Shown here: piece after piece, positions 1-12,595 of the stretch
How the letters are laid out: each line of letters begins with the position of its first letter
Position numbering within the stretch: the first letter of the stretch is position 1
Source of the DNA: Torpedo marmorata
Taxonomy: Eukaryota
DNA: 64,000 bases
Direction of reading: 5' to 3'
NCBI GenBank assembly: GCA_977017645.1
Contig: OZ360243.1
Location: 65,224,001-65,288,000, forward strand
Position numbers and translations under genes: made by a program
Notes under the pieces: generated by a model
Told to the model about the DNA's origin: nothing
What the model saw: the letters and a program-made list of their open reading frames with translations, nothing else
Database searches by the model: none

Positions 1-1315
1 ATAGCGGTAACAGGATCGGTCCGAGTCAGCATGGATTTACGAAGGGGAAATCATGCTTGACTAATCTTCTGGAATTTTTTGAGGATTTAACTATGAAAAT
101 GGACAAGGGAAAGCCAGTGGATGTAGTGTACCTGGACTTTCAGAAAGCCTTTGATAAGGTCCCACATAGGAGATTAGTGGGCAAAATTAGAGCACATGGT
201 ATTGGGGGTAGGGTACTGACATGGATAGAAAATTGGTTGGCAGACAGGAAACAAAGAGTAGGGATTAGCGGGTCCCTTTCAGAATGGCAGGCAGTGACTA
301 GTGGGGTACCGCAAGGCTCGGTGCTGGGACTGCAGCTGTTTACAATATACATTAATGATTTAGATGAAGGGATTAAAAGAAACATTAGCAAATTTGCAGA
401 TGACACAAAGATGGGTGGCAGTGTGAAATGTGAGGAGGATGTTATGAGAATGCAGGGTGACTTGGACAGGTTGGGTGAGTGGGCAGATGCATGGCAGATG
501 CAGTTTAATGTGATAAATGTGAGGTTATCCACTTTGGTGGCAAGAACAGGGAGGCAGATTACGATCTGAATGGTGTCAAGTTAGGAAAAGGGGAAGTACA
601 ATGAGATCTAGGTGTCCTTGTTCATCAGTCACTGAAAGTAAGCATGCAGGTACAGCAGGCAGTGAAGAAGGCTAATGGCATGTTGGCCTTCATAACAAGG
701 GTAGTTGAGTATAGGAGCAGGGAGGTACTTTTGCAGTTGTACACGGCCCTTGTGAGACCACACCTGGAGTATTGTGTGCAGTTCTGGTCTCCAGGTTTGA
801 GGAAGGACATTCTTGCTATTGAGAGAGTGCAGCGTAGGTTCACAAGGTTAATTCCCGGGATGGCGGGACTGTCGTATGTTGAAAGATTGGAGCGATTGGC
901 TTGTATACACTGGAACTTAGAAGGATGAGAGGGGATCTGATTGAAACATATAAGATTATTAAGGGATTGGATACACTAGAGGCAGGAAACATGTTCCCGA
1001 TGTTGGGGGAGTCGAGAACCAGAGGCCACAGTTTAAGAATAAGGGGTAGGCCATTTAGAACGGAGTTGAGGAAAAACTTTTTCACCCAGAGAGTTGTGGA
1101 TCTGTGGAATGCTCTGCCTCAGAAGGCAGTGGAGGCCAATTCTCTGGATGCTTTCAAGAAAAAGTTAGATAGAGCTCTTAAAGATAGCGGAGTGAAGGGA
1201 CATGGGGAGAAGGCAGGAACGGGGTACTGATAGTGGATGATCAGCCATGATCACAGTGAATGGTGGTGCTGGCCCAAAGGGCCGAATGGCCTACTCCTGC
1301 ACCTATTGTCTATTA
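1..1315 (+). mobile_element. CR1-type LINE, 3' part of ORF2 (RT) and tail, frameshifted
   Basis: [44 protein letters not shown] and RKNFFTQRVV motifs split over three ORFs. Confidence 0.95.
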
Positions 1316-1359
1316 AAAAACATAAAATTGTCAATGTATCACAATCATTGACATTGTCA

Positions 1360-2175
1360 TGTCTTCGTGTTTAACAGCACAGTAACAGGCACTTCGGCCC
1401 AACTTGTCCATGCTAGTCCCACTTGCCTGCTTTCATTCCCTATCCCTCTAAATCTTGAACAAGCTGTGAGCTGCTGGAGGAACTCAGCAGGTCTGGCAGC
1501 ATCCGTGGGTAGGAGTGGTCAGTCAATAAATTGGATTAGGACCATTTATAGTGAGATTTCTTTCTGAATCTAATCTCTTCACGTACACATCTACATGTCT
1601 TTTGTGCATTAAATTTGCTCCCGCCTCTACCTCTTCCTCTGGCAGCTCATTCCACACATCCACCACCATCTGTGTGTAGAAGGTGCACCTCTGGTCCCTG
1701 TTAAATATTTCCGCTCTCACAGATCTCATTTTAGATTCCCCTAATCTGAGAAAAGGGTACGAATATTTACCTGATCTATTCCCCACAAGATTTTATAAAC
1801 CTTTATATGGTCCATTCTCAGCCTCCTGTGTTCCAGGGAGAAAAGTCTCAACTGATAGTCTCTCCTTATAATTCAAGTCCACCAGTGTCAGTAGCTTCCT
1901 CATGATTCTTTTCTGCACCCTTTCCAGCCTACTGATATCTTTCTGATAGCTGAGTGCCCAGACTGTGCACCATACTCCAAGTGTGGTCTCACCAACATCT
2001 TGCACATGTCCCTGCTCATGGACTTAACGCCCTGACTGATGAATGCAAGTGGACCAAACAACATCCTCACCACCCTGTTTACCTGCATCGACACTTTCAT
2101 GGAACTAAGTACCTGCACCTCCACGTCTCTCCATTCCACACCACTCAGCAGGTCCCATTAACTGTGTAAGTCTGA
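1360..2175 (-). mobile_element. Degraded CR1 LINE 3' fragment with a short Penelope-type piece at about 1465-1527
   Basis: LVRPHLEYGAQ, RLERVQKR and FYTQMVVDVWNELP remnants on the minus strand. Confidence 0.8.
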
Positions 2176-2461
2176 AAGGGGGCGTTTTAAGTTGGAAGCA
2201 TCTGTTTAGTGCTGAGAAAAGCCCTGCATGGAAATGGAATTTCCCCCGGGAGCTCAGAAGCCTGGAAATAGATGGAATATTGCTCTACTCCAGGAGGTAA
2301 GCCAACTTTCAACTATGCAGCACTGATTTTTTTCAGCATTTAGAATTCCCAGGCCAAGATCTAGGATTCACTGCTGTAAGAGTGGCAAAACGAGAATCAA
2401 TCAGTTCCTTCCGAGGGAGATCATTTCAGTACGATGGAGAAAGAGGGGAAATGGGATTAGC

Positions 2462-3166
2462 AAGGTCAAATTCAAGTGCAAGTTTATCATCCGATTATAC
2501 AAGTACAACCCGAAGAACCAGCGTTCTCCTGTCCTCGGTGTAAAACACTGCAAACACACATACAGACATATGCACAGAACCTACCTGTCTATACACATAT
2601 TAAAATAAATATTATTAATAAATAGTAGAGTCATAGGGAGCTATTATAGCATTTCAATAGTCATTCAGCTTTCTCACTGCCCGTGGGAAGAAACTGTTCC
2701 TCAGCCTGATGGTTCTGGCTCTAATACTCCTGTATCTCTTTCTCGAGTCTCCCTCACCCCATCAACGTGATCTACCGGGATTGTTGTCTGAAGAGGACGC
2801 GCAAAATCATTGAGGACCCCTTCCACCCCGCACACAGCAACTTTCAGCTGCTCCCATCAGGGAAGAGATACAGGAGTATCAGTGCCAGCACCACCAGGCT
2901 GAGGAACAGCTTCTTCCCACGGGCAGTGAGAATGCTGAACGACCAAAGGAACTGCTCACACTAACCATCCGAGACTCTCATACTCAGGAAATAATATTTT
3001 TTATTTATTTGTATAGATGAAATACTTTTCCTGCATATGTATTGTTTGTCTGTATGTGTGTTGTGTCTGGTTGTGTGTCTGCGTGTTTTGCACCGAGGAC
3101 CGGAGAACGCTGTTTCATCGGGTTGTACTTGTACAATCAGATGACAATAAACCTGACTTGACTTGA
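2462..3166. mobile_element. Head-to-head pair of Rex1/Babar-like LINE 3' ends
   Basis: 2746-3166 (+) encodes DPFHPAH..LLPSGKRYRS and ends in (cttga)n. 2462-2745 is the reverse complement of the same tail. Confidence 0.8.
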
Positions 3167-3274
3167 AACTGTTAGCACTGTGAGGAAATGCTGCATTGCC
3201 ACCTGTGCTGCCTTTCAGGGGTGCTGTTAGTTTGCACTCTCAGCTGAACGATGAGAATGGATTTAGCCCCATTG

Positions 3275-4440
3275 GCAGCAAATGTGGACTTTATTATTGG
3301 AATTTGGAAGGATGTGGGGAGGATTTAATTGAGACATATTACATTCTGAAGGGATAAATAAGATAAAAGCAGGGGGTTGTTTCCACTGGCACGGGAGACA
3401 AGAAATAGGGGACATAGCCTCAAGTTAACCAGAGGTGTGCGATCCAGTGATCATTGGAGGATCAAAGGTGGAGAGGGTGAGCAAATTTAAGTTCTTGGGT
3501 GTCACTATCTCGGAGGATCTTTCCTGGACCCAACACACGAATGTCATCGTGAAGAAAGCACGTCAGAGCCTCTACTTCCTCAGGAGTTTGCGGAGGTTTG
3601 ATATGACAACAGAAATCCTGGCAAATTTCTACAGAGGTGTGATGGAAAGTGTGTTGGCCGGCTGCATCACGGTCTGGTATGGGGACACCAATACCCCTGA
3701 GCGTAAAGCCCTGCAAAAGATAGGAGAAACAGCCCAGGACATCACAGGCCAAACCCTCCCCACCATCGAGAACATCTACGGGGAATGCTGCCGTCGGAGA
3801 GCAGCAGCAATCATTAAGGATCCACACCACCCAACACACACTCTGTTCTTGCTGCTACCATCAGGAAAGAGGTATAGGTGCCACAAGACTCGCACCATCA
3901 GGTTCAGGAACACCTACTACCCCTCCACCATCAGACTCCTCAACAACAAACTCAATCAGGGACTCATTTAAGGACTCTTACTTTTGCACTTTAATAATTT
4001 TTTTCTCTCTTTGTATTGAACAGTCAGTATATTTACATTTCTTTATTTGTTTACATGTGTACGTTGAGTACAATTTTTTTGACTACCGATAAGCGGTAAT
4101 TCTGCCGCGCCCGCAGGAAAAATAATCTTAGGCTTGTGTGTGATGTCATGTATGTAATCTGACAATAAATCTGAAATCTGAAGATTCAGGGAAGTAGATT
4201 TAGGACAGAGGTAAGAAGAATCTGTGACATTCTCTGCCCAAGGAAGCAGCAGCTTCTTTAAGTATATTTAAGACACTGATAGAAATTTGAAGAATAGAGG
4301 AAATAAGGGTTATGGGGAACAGGTGGGCAAGTGGAGCTGAATCCATGGCCAGATCAGCCATGCTCTTGTTGAAGGTTGGAGCAGGCTCGCTGGGTCAGAT
4401 GGCCGACTCCTGCTCCTGTTTCTTGGATCCTTATGTAACT
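3275..4440 (+). mobile_element. CR1 3' fragment interrupted by a Rex1-like LINE
   Basis: CR1 sequence breaks at ggacatagcctcaag (about 3424) and resumes at aagattcaggg (about 4181). Confidence 0.75.
3428..4180 (+). mobile_element. Rex1/Babar-like LINE 3' end (DUF1891-type C-terminus)
   Basis: ORF 3435-3971 VERVSKFKFLGV...LLPSGKRYR. Tail aataaatctgaaatctg. Confidence 0.88.
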
Positions 4441-4454
4441 TTACATTGCTTTGT

Positions 4455-4720
4455 ATGGCACGTTTTGGACGACCCGGTTAGCGTAACAGTGAGCACAACA
4501 CTATTACAGCGCCAGCGACTCGGGTTCGAATCCGACGCTGTCTGTAAGGAGTTTGTACGTTCTCTCCGTGTCAGCGTGGGTTTCCTCAAAGTGCTCCGGT
4601 TTCCTCCCATCCTTCAAAACAACGTATGGGGGTTGTAGGTCAATCGGGTGTATTTTGGCAACACGGGCATGTGGGCCAGAATGGCCTGTTACCATGCTGT
4701 ATGTGTAAATTTTTTTAAAA
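4455..4720 (+). mobile_element. HE1-like tRNA-derived V-SINE
   Basis: B box gggttcgaatcc, V-domain ctgtctgtaaggagtttgtacgttctc...ccggtttcctcccat, and CR1-like tail. Confidence 0.85.
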
Positions 4721-4723
4721 TTA

Positions 4724-4846
4724 TCTGTGGCAATTTAGAATTAATACATGCATACGAGCGCTGAGCCCAACCGGGGATGAAGCGTGCATTTATCGGACCA
4801 AAACTAATGCGGGCTCACCCGACACCTTTGGTGACTCTCGATAACT
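4724..4846 (+). pseudogene. Diverged 18S rRNA fragment (5' domain)
   Basis: ctgtggcaatttagaattaatacatgc...gcgtgcatttatcggaccaaaac...ctttggtgactctcgataac follows the conserved 18S motifs CTGTGGTAATTCTAGAGCTAATACATGC, GCGTGCATTTATCAGA and TTTGGTGACTCTAGATAAC. Confidence 0.85.
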
Positions 4847-4859
4847 AAGTGAATAACTT

Positions 4860-5002
4860 ATGGCATGGGAGGAGTATGAAGGGCTATGGATTGGGTGCAG
4901 GTCAGTGAGACTAGACCAAAAAAAAATGGTTCGGCACAGACTAGAAGGGCCGAAGGGGCCTGTTTCTGTGCTGTAGTGTTCTATGGTTCTATGGTTATAT
5001 GG
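4860..5002 (+). mobile_element. CR1 3' tail
   Basis: Matches the tail at 27020-27148 and ends in (ctatggtt)n. Confidence 0.8.
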
Positions 5003-5634
5003 TATGGGAGCTTGGAATGTACAAAATGACTGTGATTCCTACCTTTACAAAAACGAGGAGGCGGGGGTTGACTATTACACAGGATCGACCAATACACGAA
5101 TATATACGGTAAAAATAATTTAATTTGCCTTAAAGTGCAATGGAGTGTTATGAAAGAAATCTGAAGTGTACAATATACTGTAAGTACAGCTCTTTTAACT
5201 TCTTATTCAATTCACCCCAATTAACCAAATAATGTGACTGGAGTGTGAGTAGGTGACTAACGTGCACCTCATCTGCAACCAATTTGTGTTTCAATATCAT
5301 TGTGATTAGAGGTCTGAAGGTTCTTGGTTCTATCCTAGCTTTCAGCAGTGGCAAGGAAGGAATTTATTACATCTCATAGATATGCTGCCTCTTTGCTCGA
5401 GCGGTATGGATTCAATCATGACCTCTGGTGCTGTCTGCGTGGAGGTTGCACGTCCTCACTCCAACCACATAGTTTTCCTCCAGGCGTCATGGTTATGGTG
5501 TCGTACAGCATGGAACAGGCACTTTGGTCCAATTAATCGATGCAGACCAAGATGGCATTCAGGGCTGGTCCCATTTGCCTGCAACTTGGTCTATATCCTA
5601 AATTATTCCTATATAAATATCTGTACAAATGCCT

Positions 5635-5902
5635 AAATTTAAATTTAAATTTAATTTATTTAAATTTAAATTTAGACATACAGCACGGTAACAGGCCCCT
5701 TCGGGTCACGAGCCCGTGCAGCCCAAATACACCAAATTGACCTACAATCCCCGGTACATTTTTAAAGGGTGGGAGGAAACCAGAGCGCCCGGAGGAAACC
5801 CACGCAGACAGGGGGAGAACGTGCAAACTCCTTACAGACAGCGCCGGGTTCGAACCCCTGTCCCGATCGCTGGCGCTGTAATAGCGTGGCGCTAACTACT
5901 AT
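5635..5902 (-). mobile_element. HE1-like V-SINE
   Basis: Reverse-complement V-domain and B box, with (aaattt)n tail. Confidence 0.88.
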
Positions 5903-6899
5903 CCGGTTTTATTGCTTCTAGTAGCTTGTTCCAGATACAAACTACCCTCTGGGTGAAAGAGGTTCCCCTGAGGTCCGTCTTAAACTAATCTCACATGAGT
6001 AAAATTATGTTGCCTTTGCTCTGCATGAACTGATCTCTCCCTTTAAAACTGCTCTTGTGTACTGTGTTCTATTTACTGTACTATGTATGGGATGACCAGC
6101 TGAACTGCTCACAAAAAAACTGCACCTTGGTACCTGTGTCTATAAATGAGCAAAATCTTTCCTTCTGGAAAAGTTCAAGATGCAGTGAAAAAGTTTGTTT
6201 TGCGAGCAGTTCAGTTTGTCAAACCGTACATAGTACAGCAAGTAAAATAAAGTTCAGACTGCAGAGTAACAGAGTTAGGACAGAGCAAAGGCCACATAAT
6301 GTTACTGGAGTGAGATTTGTTCAGGACAGGAAACGGTGGGAAAGAAACTGTCCTTGAATCTAATGCAGTGTGATCTCACACTCATGAATCGAGGAGGGTG
6401 AAGAGTGTGAGATCAGAATCAGAATCAGAATTTATTGACATGAACAAGTCATGAAATTCAGTGTTTATGATGAGTCTTTTCATACGTTGGCTGCTTTTTC
6501 CAAGGCAGCGGGAAGTGCACTTGGTGTCGATGGAGGGGAGGGTGGGGTTTGTGTGATGGTCTGATAATGCCTGGTGGTTAGCACAGACTCGATGGGCTGA
6601 ATGGCCTATTTCCATGCCGAATGGCACTAGACTAAGTATGAATGTAAAGATTGGTCCTTTGCAAATGTCCAGATTTCTCCACCGGGAATATTAATTTTTA
6701 CCAAGAGTATGTTACCAGAGCCAATGCTATTCCTCTAATACCTTTCTAAATTTGCTCCGATTCAAGCCTGAACAGTATTGGTGGATCATTTGGCCTGTGA
6801 GAGCTTAATGACCCATCTTAGATGCCATTGGATGATGGTTGAGGGAAGGAATCTTAACTTAATTTTATTCCACCTCAGTTTTTGCAGGCAAAACATAAT

Positions 6900-7215
6900 C
6901 ATAGAACCATAGAACATTACAGCACAGATAACAGGCCCTTCAGCCCTTCTAGTCTGTGCCAAACTATTATTCTGCCTAGTCCCACTGACCTGCACCCAGT
7001 CCACAGCCTCCATACCCCTCCCATCCATGTACCTGTCCAAATTTTTCTTAAATGTTAAAATTGAGCCTGCATTCACCACTTCAGCTGGCAGCTCGTTCCA
7101 TAATCCCACCACTCTCTGTGTGAAGAAATTACCCCTAATGTTCACCCTAAACTTCTCCCCTTTCACCCTTAACCCATGTCCTCTGGTTTGTATCTCACCT
7201 AACCTCGGTGGAAAA
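6900..7215 (-). mobile_element. CR1 3' end
   Basis: RGNFFTQRVVGLWNELP ORF remnant plus tail. Confidence 0.9.
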
Positions 7216-7265
7216 ATTAAATTAAATTAAGTTTTAACAAAATATTCGGGCATCACAGAGCCACG

Positions 7266-7660
7266 GGGGTAAAACACGAAAGTCTGCAGAAGTAAAATCA
7301 CAAATGCTGGAAAAACTCAGCTGGTCAAACAGTGTAAATTTAGACAAAATTACAGGCCATTTCGGCCCCCAAGTCCGTGCCGCCCAATTACACCCAATTG
7401 ACCTACAAACCCTGGTACATTTCGAATGGTGGGAGGATACTGAAGTACTCGGGGGAAACCCATGCAGACACGGGGAGAACGTAGAAACTCCTTACAGACA
7501 GCGTGGGATTAAAACCCCGGTCCTGATAGCTGGCGCTGTAACAGCGTTGCGCTAACCGTTATGCTAACCGTGCCACCCCAACGGTTCGGGCTTGAGCCCT
7601 TCGTCAAGGTATGCTCAGCTGATAGAGCTAATGTTTCACAGCTCCAGCATTTGTGTTGAG
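7266..7660. mobile_element. Penelope-derived short element split by a V-SINE (7336-7577, minus)
   Basis: gtaaaacacgaaagtctgcag...ctcagctggtcaaacagtgt, then the SINE, then ggttcgggcttgagcccttcgtcaaggtatg. Confidence 0.75.
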
Positions 7661-8097
7661 TTTGCACGAGTGGGTTTCCCCAGATGGCTCCAGTTTCTTC
7701 CCACATCCCAAAGGCATGTAGTTTGATTGGTTAATTGGCCACTGTAAATTGTCCCTGGAAATTAGGTGAGTGGTAGAGGTTTGGGGGTGGGGAGATTTAA
7801 TGGAACATGGGGAGCATAAAGTGGATAGGATTAAAGTAAAAAGTAAAAATGCGTGATCGATGGAGGGGCAAAGAATTGATATTTATGCATGTATTTATTT
7901 ATTTATAACACCGTAGAAGCTGATTCTGGCCGTTGAAACCTGTGCCATGCAATTACGCCCAATTAACCTACCAACCCCGTACGTTTTTGGAACGTGGAAT
8001 GAAACCAGAACACCCGGGGAAAACCCACACAGGTCATGGGGAGAATATGCTAACTTCTTACAGACAGCGCGGGATTCGAACCCGGATCGCTGGCGCT

Positions 8098-9110
8098 TGT
8101 GAAAGTAAGGTTGTGCCTTACGAAGTAAGGTTCTGCCCTGCTGCTTTGCAAAAGAATTCCGAGGGTTATAAATATTCAGAGAGTGGGGGGCTCCATGACT
8201 TGTGTTCCTGGGAAACCCCAGCCCAGTTAGTAAGTTTCCACCAGCCTGGAGTTTCCCCATTCAGGTGACAATGCCTGAGGAAAGGGGAACCTGGTTATGT
8301 GATTGATTTACATAGTGGTGCAATTTGCAGATGAATAGTGTCACCGAAGACTCTCGTAAACTTCTACAGGTGTACCGTGGAGGGCATTCTGGTTGGTTGC
8401 ATCACTGCCTGGTATGGAGGCGCCAACGCTCAGGACAAGAAAAAACTCCAGAGGGTTGTTAACTCGGCCTGTGACATCACGAGCACCAGACTTCACTCCA
8501 TCGAGGACATCTACAAGAGGCGGTGTCTTAATAAAGCTACCTCTATCCTTAAGGACCCCCACCACCCAGGCCATGCCCTCTTCACTCTGCTACCATCGGG
8601 AAAAAGGTACAGGAGCCTAAAGACAAGCACTCAACGGCACAAGGACAGCTTCTTCCCCGCTGCCATCAGATTCCTGAATGATCAATGAACCAAAGACACT
8701 GCTTTACTTTAACTTTTTGTGCACTATTTTTATTTAATTTTGTAAGGTGGTTTATATAAATGTTTGCACTATGATGCTGCCGTAAAACAACGAATTTCGT
8801 GACTTGTTCATGACAATAAATTCTGATTCTGATAATGTGTAGCTTAATGCTGATAGGGTGATGCTTGTCAAATGGGAGAAGACTGTTTTGTGGATTGGTC
8901 AAGTCAGATTGCGGCAGGGTATACAAACCGATGTAATTGTATGTTCTGGGAGCTCCTTGATCCCCTACGGGGGTGATGGACCTCCCGCTAAGCTTGTGTG
9001 TAATAAAGGAGTACCGGGAAACTAAAGTGTCTGAGTCCTCCGTTCCTTACGGAACGTTTGCTGAAGAATAGAGCATCACCCAGGACCTGGACAAAAAACG
9101 ACCATCCACA
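8098..9110 (+). mobile_element. Solo LTR (about 0.5 kb after removing the nested LINE)
   Basis: TGTG...CACA termini, 4-bp target duplication cgct/cgtt, and ATTGG (about 8894), TATA-like (about 8919) and AATAAA (9002) in LTR order. Confidence 0.7.
8338..8832 (+). mobile_element. Rex1/Babar-like LINE 3' end nested in the LTR
   Basis: ORF NFYRCTVEGIL...DPHHPGHALFTLLPSGKRYRS. Tail aataaattctgattctga. Confidence 0.9.
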
Positions 9111-9369
9111 CGTTGTAATAGTGTTGTGCTAACCGCCACGCTAACCGTGCCACCCACATATGACAATAACAGAATCAGAATCAGAATTTATTGTCATGAA
9201 CAAGTCACGAAATCTGTTGTTTTGCGGCAGCATCACAGTGCAAACATTCATATAAATAAAAACAGTGTTGGTGTCATGAAATTTGCAATATTGACTAAGC
9301 TGCAGTGAAGCCTCAGACACAAAGCTGTGGTACATCCTTCTCTTCCCAGCACCATAAGGCAGAGATGAG

Positions 9370-9612
9370 GAAGAACTGCTTCTTCGAGAGAGTAGTGAAT
9401 CTGTGGAATTCTCTGCCCAAGGTAGTCGTAGATGTTGCCTCATCCAAAATATTAAATGGTAAAAAATGGTAAAGGAATTAAGAGTGATGGGGAAAAAGGC
9501 AGATTGGGAGATGAGTCCCTGTCGAGATCAGCCATGATCTTGTTGAATGGCAGAGCAGGCTCGACAAGCCAGACGGCCGAATTCTGCTCCTATATATTAT
9601 CTTCTTTTACGT
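9370..9612 (+). mobile_element. CR1 3' end, degraded
   Basis: gaggaagaactgcttc...gtgaatctgtggaattctctgccc and tail agatcagccatgatctt. Confidence 0.75.
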
Positions 9613-10117
9613 TCTCATACATAAAATTATAACTTCCAGCACAGACAGAGAAGTCCACGAGCAATTAAGGAGAATTGCAGATGTGCTGAGCGTCTCAGTC
9701 AATTGGAAGGATCCAGAATGTTTCAACAATCTGATCCTCTGTAAACAGAGCCATTTGCTGATTTGCTTTAGAAACTGGCTCTGCAGATGTGACAGCAATT
9801 GTTCTACAGAGCATGAACACGTTCCCCAAATAAACAGAGGCTATCCTGAAGGAGTATCTTGGCATCGTTGCCAATAGACAGCTGGTATTAGCATTTGGCA
9901 AACACTCCAGTGAGCATGAAAGTTCCTCCTAACTGTTCTCATGAAACTTTCAATTACATGTCTGTCAAAATTAAACAAGGATCCATTGCGTTGCTGGGAT
10001 GCCATTGTGTTCCTCCCCTGCTTTTAAATTGATGATATTATACATGTCTATTTCTGGTTGCTTGATCAAGAACAACCTCACTTTTCAGCTGAATCAACAG
10101 ATTCCAGATTCAGCAAT

Positions 10118-10546
10118 AAGAGAGCAGCAGCAATCATCAAAGGCCCTCACCACCCAGCACACGCTCTGTTCTCACTGCTGCCATCAGGAAAGAGGTATAG
10201 GTGCCACAAGACTCGCACCACCAGGTTCAGGAACAGCTGCTATCCCTCCACCATCAGACTCCTCAACGACAAACTCAATCAGAGACTCATTTAAGGACTC
10301 TTACTTGTGCACTTTATTGATTTTCTTTTTGTTCTCTCTGTATTGCACAGTCAGTTTGTTTACATTTGTTATCTGTTCACAGTTCTATGTTTGTTTACAT
10401 GTTTTACGCTGTGCACAGTTTATTTTTTGCACTACCAATTAGTGGTAATTCTGCCGCGCCCGCAGGAAAAAGTAATCTCAGGGTTGTATGTAATGTCATG
10501 TATGTACTCTGACAATAAATCTGAAATCTGAAATCTGAAAATCTGA
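10118..10546 (+). mobile_element. Rex1/Babar-like LINE 3' end
   Basis: Near-identical to 3800-4180, with (aaatctg)n tail. Confidence 0.88.
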
Positions 10547-10662
10547 AAAAGATATTAATGAGTGGTTTCACTTTGAATTCCCTCATGTTCCATCCTGGTT
10601 CAAGAAAGCATGTTATTCCTGCTTTTTATGACCTCAGGATGTCTCAAGAGTCCTTTACAGCC

Positions 10663-11450
10663 AAGATTCAAGATTCAAGATTCAATTTATTGTCATGCAA
10701 TAAAACAGTGTCATATTACACGAAATTGCTTTTGCCTGCTGTAAGGCAGACAGATCCGCCATCGGCAGAAATTGCCTGAAGCGCCTCTTACAGTCAGAGA
10801 ATGAGAAGCAAAAGAGAGTCCCCCCAGTCACCGAGTGTCTATAGATTCACCTCCAGCGCTTCCGCAGCCTCCGCAGCCACACAGAGTCCAGTCCAAACCA
10901 TCAGCAACCCGAGCTCCAGATCCGAACCTCCGACACGGTCAGGAACCCTTCAGCGCCTTCGGCACCCCCTCACATCCCGGTTCCAATACCTGGTATTCCT
11001 TCAGCCAGTTTCGAGCCAGTCTCCAGCAGACCGCAGCCCAGCGCAAATCCCCCGACAGCAGTCTCCAGCAGCCCGCAGCATGTGTTGGTCTTTCAGCCGC
11101 AGAGCCCCCTCACTGGTCACCGTCCCGCGGGTCATCTCCTCTGCTTCGCCTTCTCAAACGGGGGATGGTCTCCCCGTTTTATGGTGCCCTGCGCCAGTCC
11201 TCCGCTACCCTGGAGTCTGCAACCCCTCGTGGCTGCTGCCGATCATAGGCACCGCCATCTTGGGCGCAGACCCCGCGGATGTGGGATTTTAAATAAAACT
11301 ACTGTCGGCTCCTTTAACGGGTCGTTCAAAGCCTGTGCAGAGCTGACTGGGCAGTTGAACCCCGCGGGAGTGCTGTGTCTCTGCTCCTCGCTCCCCGCGG
11401 TCCGCACCAGCGGCAGCACTGCCATTACAGCGGCTCCGGCAGCACCGCCA
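10663..11450 (-). mobile_element. Non-autonomous GC-rich retroelement with (tcttgaa)n tail
   Basis: Tail (aagattc)n on the plus strand. Shares segments, including CAAGATGGC, with 13320-13921 in the opposite orientation. Confidence 0.7.
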
Positions 11451-11794
11451 CAGCCAATGAACAGGAGCAGAATTTAACCCAAGAGTTAATGACAGTCGAT
11501 TAAATTAATTGTAGCATGTGTCAGCTACAACATGGTTGACACTGAGTTAGAGGCTTTTGGGTTCCAAACCCACTCCAGAACCTTGACCACAAAAACCCTC
11601 AAGAAGTGTTGCATTGGGTTGGATTTCCAAGAGATATCAATCTACTCTCTCAGGTGGATGTAAATTATCCTGTAGATACTCTTTTGAAGATCGCTGATTT
11701 TGAGGATACAGATTTGTCATCCAACATTATGAGAATATATCAAATGGTCATTAGAGCATTCTTCTTTATGGGAGCTTGCTGGGTTCATATTATT

Positions 11795-12595
11795 TGGAAA
11801 GTGTACAGGTCATGCACTTTGGTAGAAGGAATAAAAGGGCAGACTATTATTTGGATGGGGAGAAAATTCAAAATTCGGAGGTGCAAAGGGGCTTGGGAGC
11901 ACTCGTGCAGGATACCCTAAAGTTTAACCTCCAGGTTGAGTCGTGGTGAAGAAGGTGAATACAATGTTGGCATTCATATCCAGAGAAATAGGATACAAGA
12001 GCAGTGATGTGATGTTGAGGCATTATGAGGCACAGGTGAGGCCTCACTTGGGAGTATGGGGTACAGTTTTGGGTTCCTTAAAATTTAAGAAAGAACGTGC
12101 TGGCATTGGAGAGGAGTCAGAGAAGGTGACAAGAATGATTCCTGGAATGAAGGGATTAGCATATGAGGAACTTTTGATGGCTCTTGGACTATACTCCTTG
12201 GAGTTCAGAATGTGGGGGAACCTCATAGAAGCATTTTGAATGTTGAAAGGCCTGGACAGAGTAGATGCGGCAAAGTTGTTTCCCATGGTAGGGGAATCAA
12301 GAGATAACAACTTCAGGATTGAAGGGCGCCTATTTAAAAAAGAGATGTGGAATTTCTTTTGCCAGAGAGTGGTGAACCTCTGGAATTTTCTGACATGGGT
12401 GGCTGTGGATGCCAGGTCATTGGGTGTATTGATGACAGAGATTGATACCCTGACTATTCAAATACCTATCAAAGGTTAGGGGGAGAAGGCAGGAGAGTGG
12501 GGCTGAGTGGCAGAATGGATCAGCTCATGATGGAATGGTGGGGCGCTCTCGACAGGCTGAATGGCCTACTTCTGCTACTATATATTATGGTCTCC
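11795..12595 (+). mobile_element. CR1 3' fragment, degraded
   Basis: VKKVNTMLAFISR, VRPHL and NFFCQRVVNLWN remnants. Confidence 0.88.

Larger units (their letters stand above)
7895..9155 (-). mobile_element. V-SINE split by a solo LTR
   Basis: SINE stops at gatcgctggcgct (8097) and resumes at gtaatagtgttgtgctaaccg (9115). Confidence 0.8.

Noticed and set aside
57-1230. Reverse-transcriptase ORFs as a host gene or retron-like system
   Set aside because: They are frameshifted CR1 LINE ORF2 fragments repeated many times in the window.
4455-4560. tRNA genes at the GGTTCGAATCC motifs
   Set aside because: They are tRNA-derived heads of V-SINEs, followed by the V-domain and a LINE tail, with no full cloverleaf.
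4724-4846. Functional rRNA gene
   Set aside because: Only about 120 bp, with substitutions in normally invariant motifs and no adjoining rDNA.
10801-11477. Overlapping 130-180 aa ORFs here and at 13311-13902
   Set aside because: They arise from a GC-rich repeat with few stop codons and show no recognisable protein motif.
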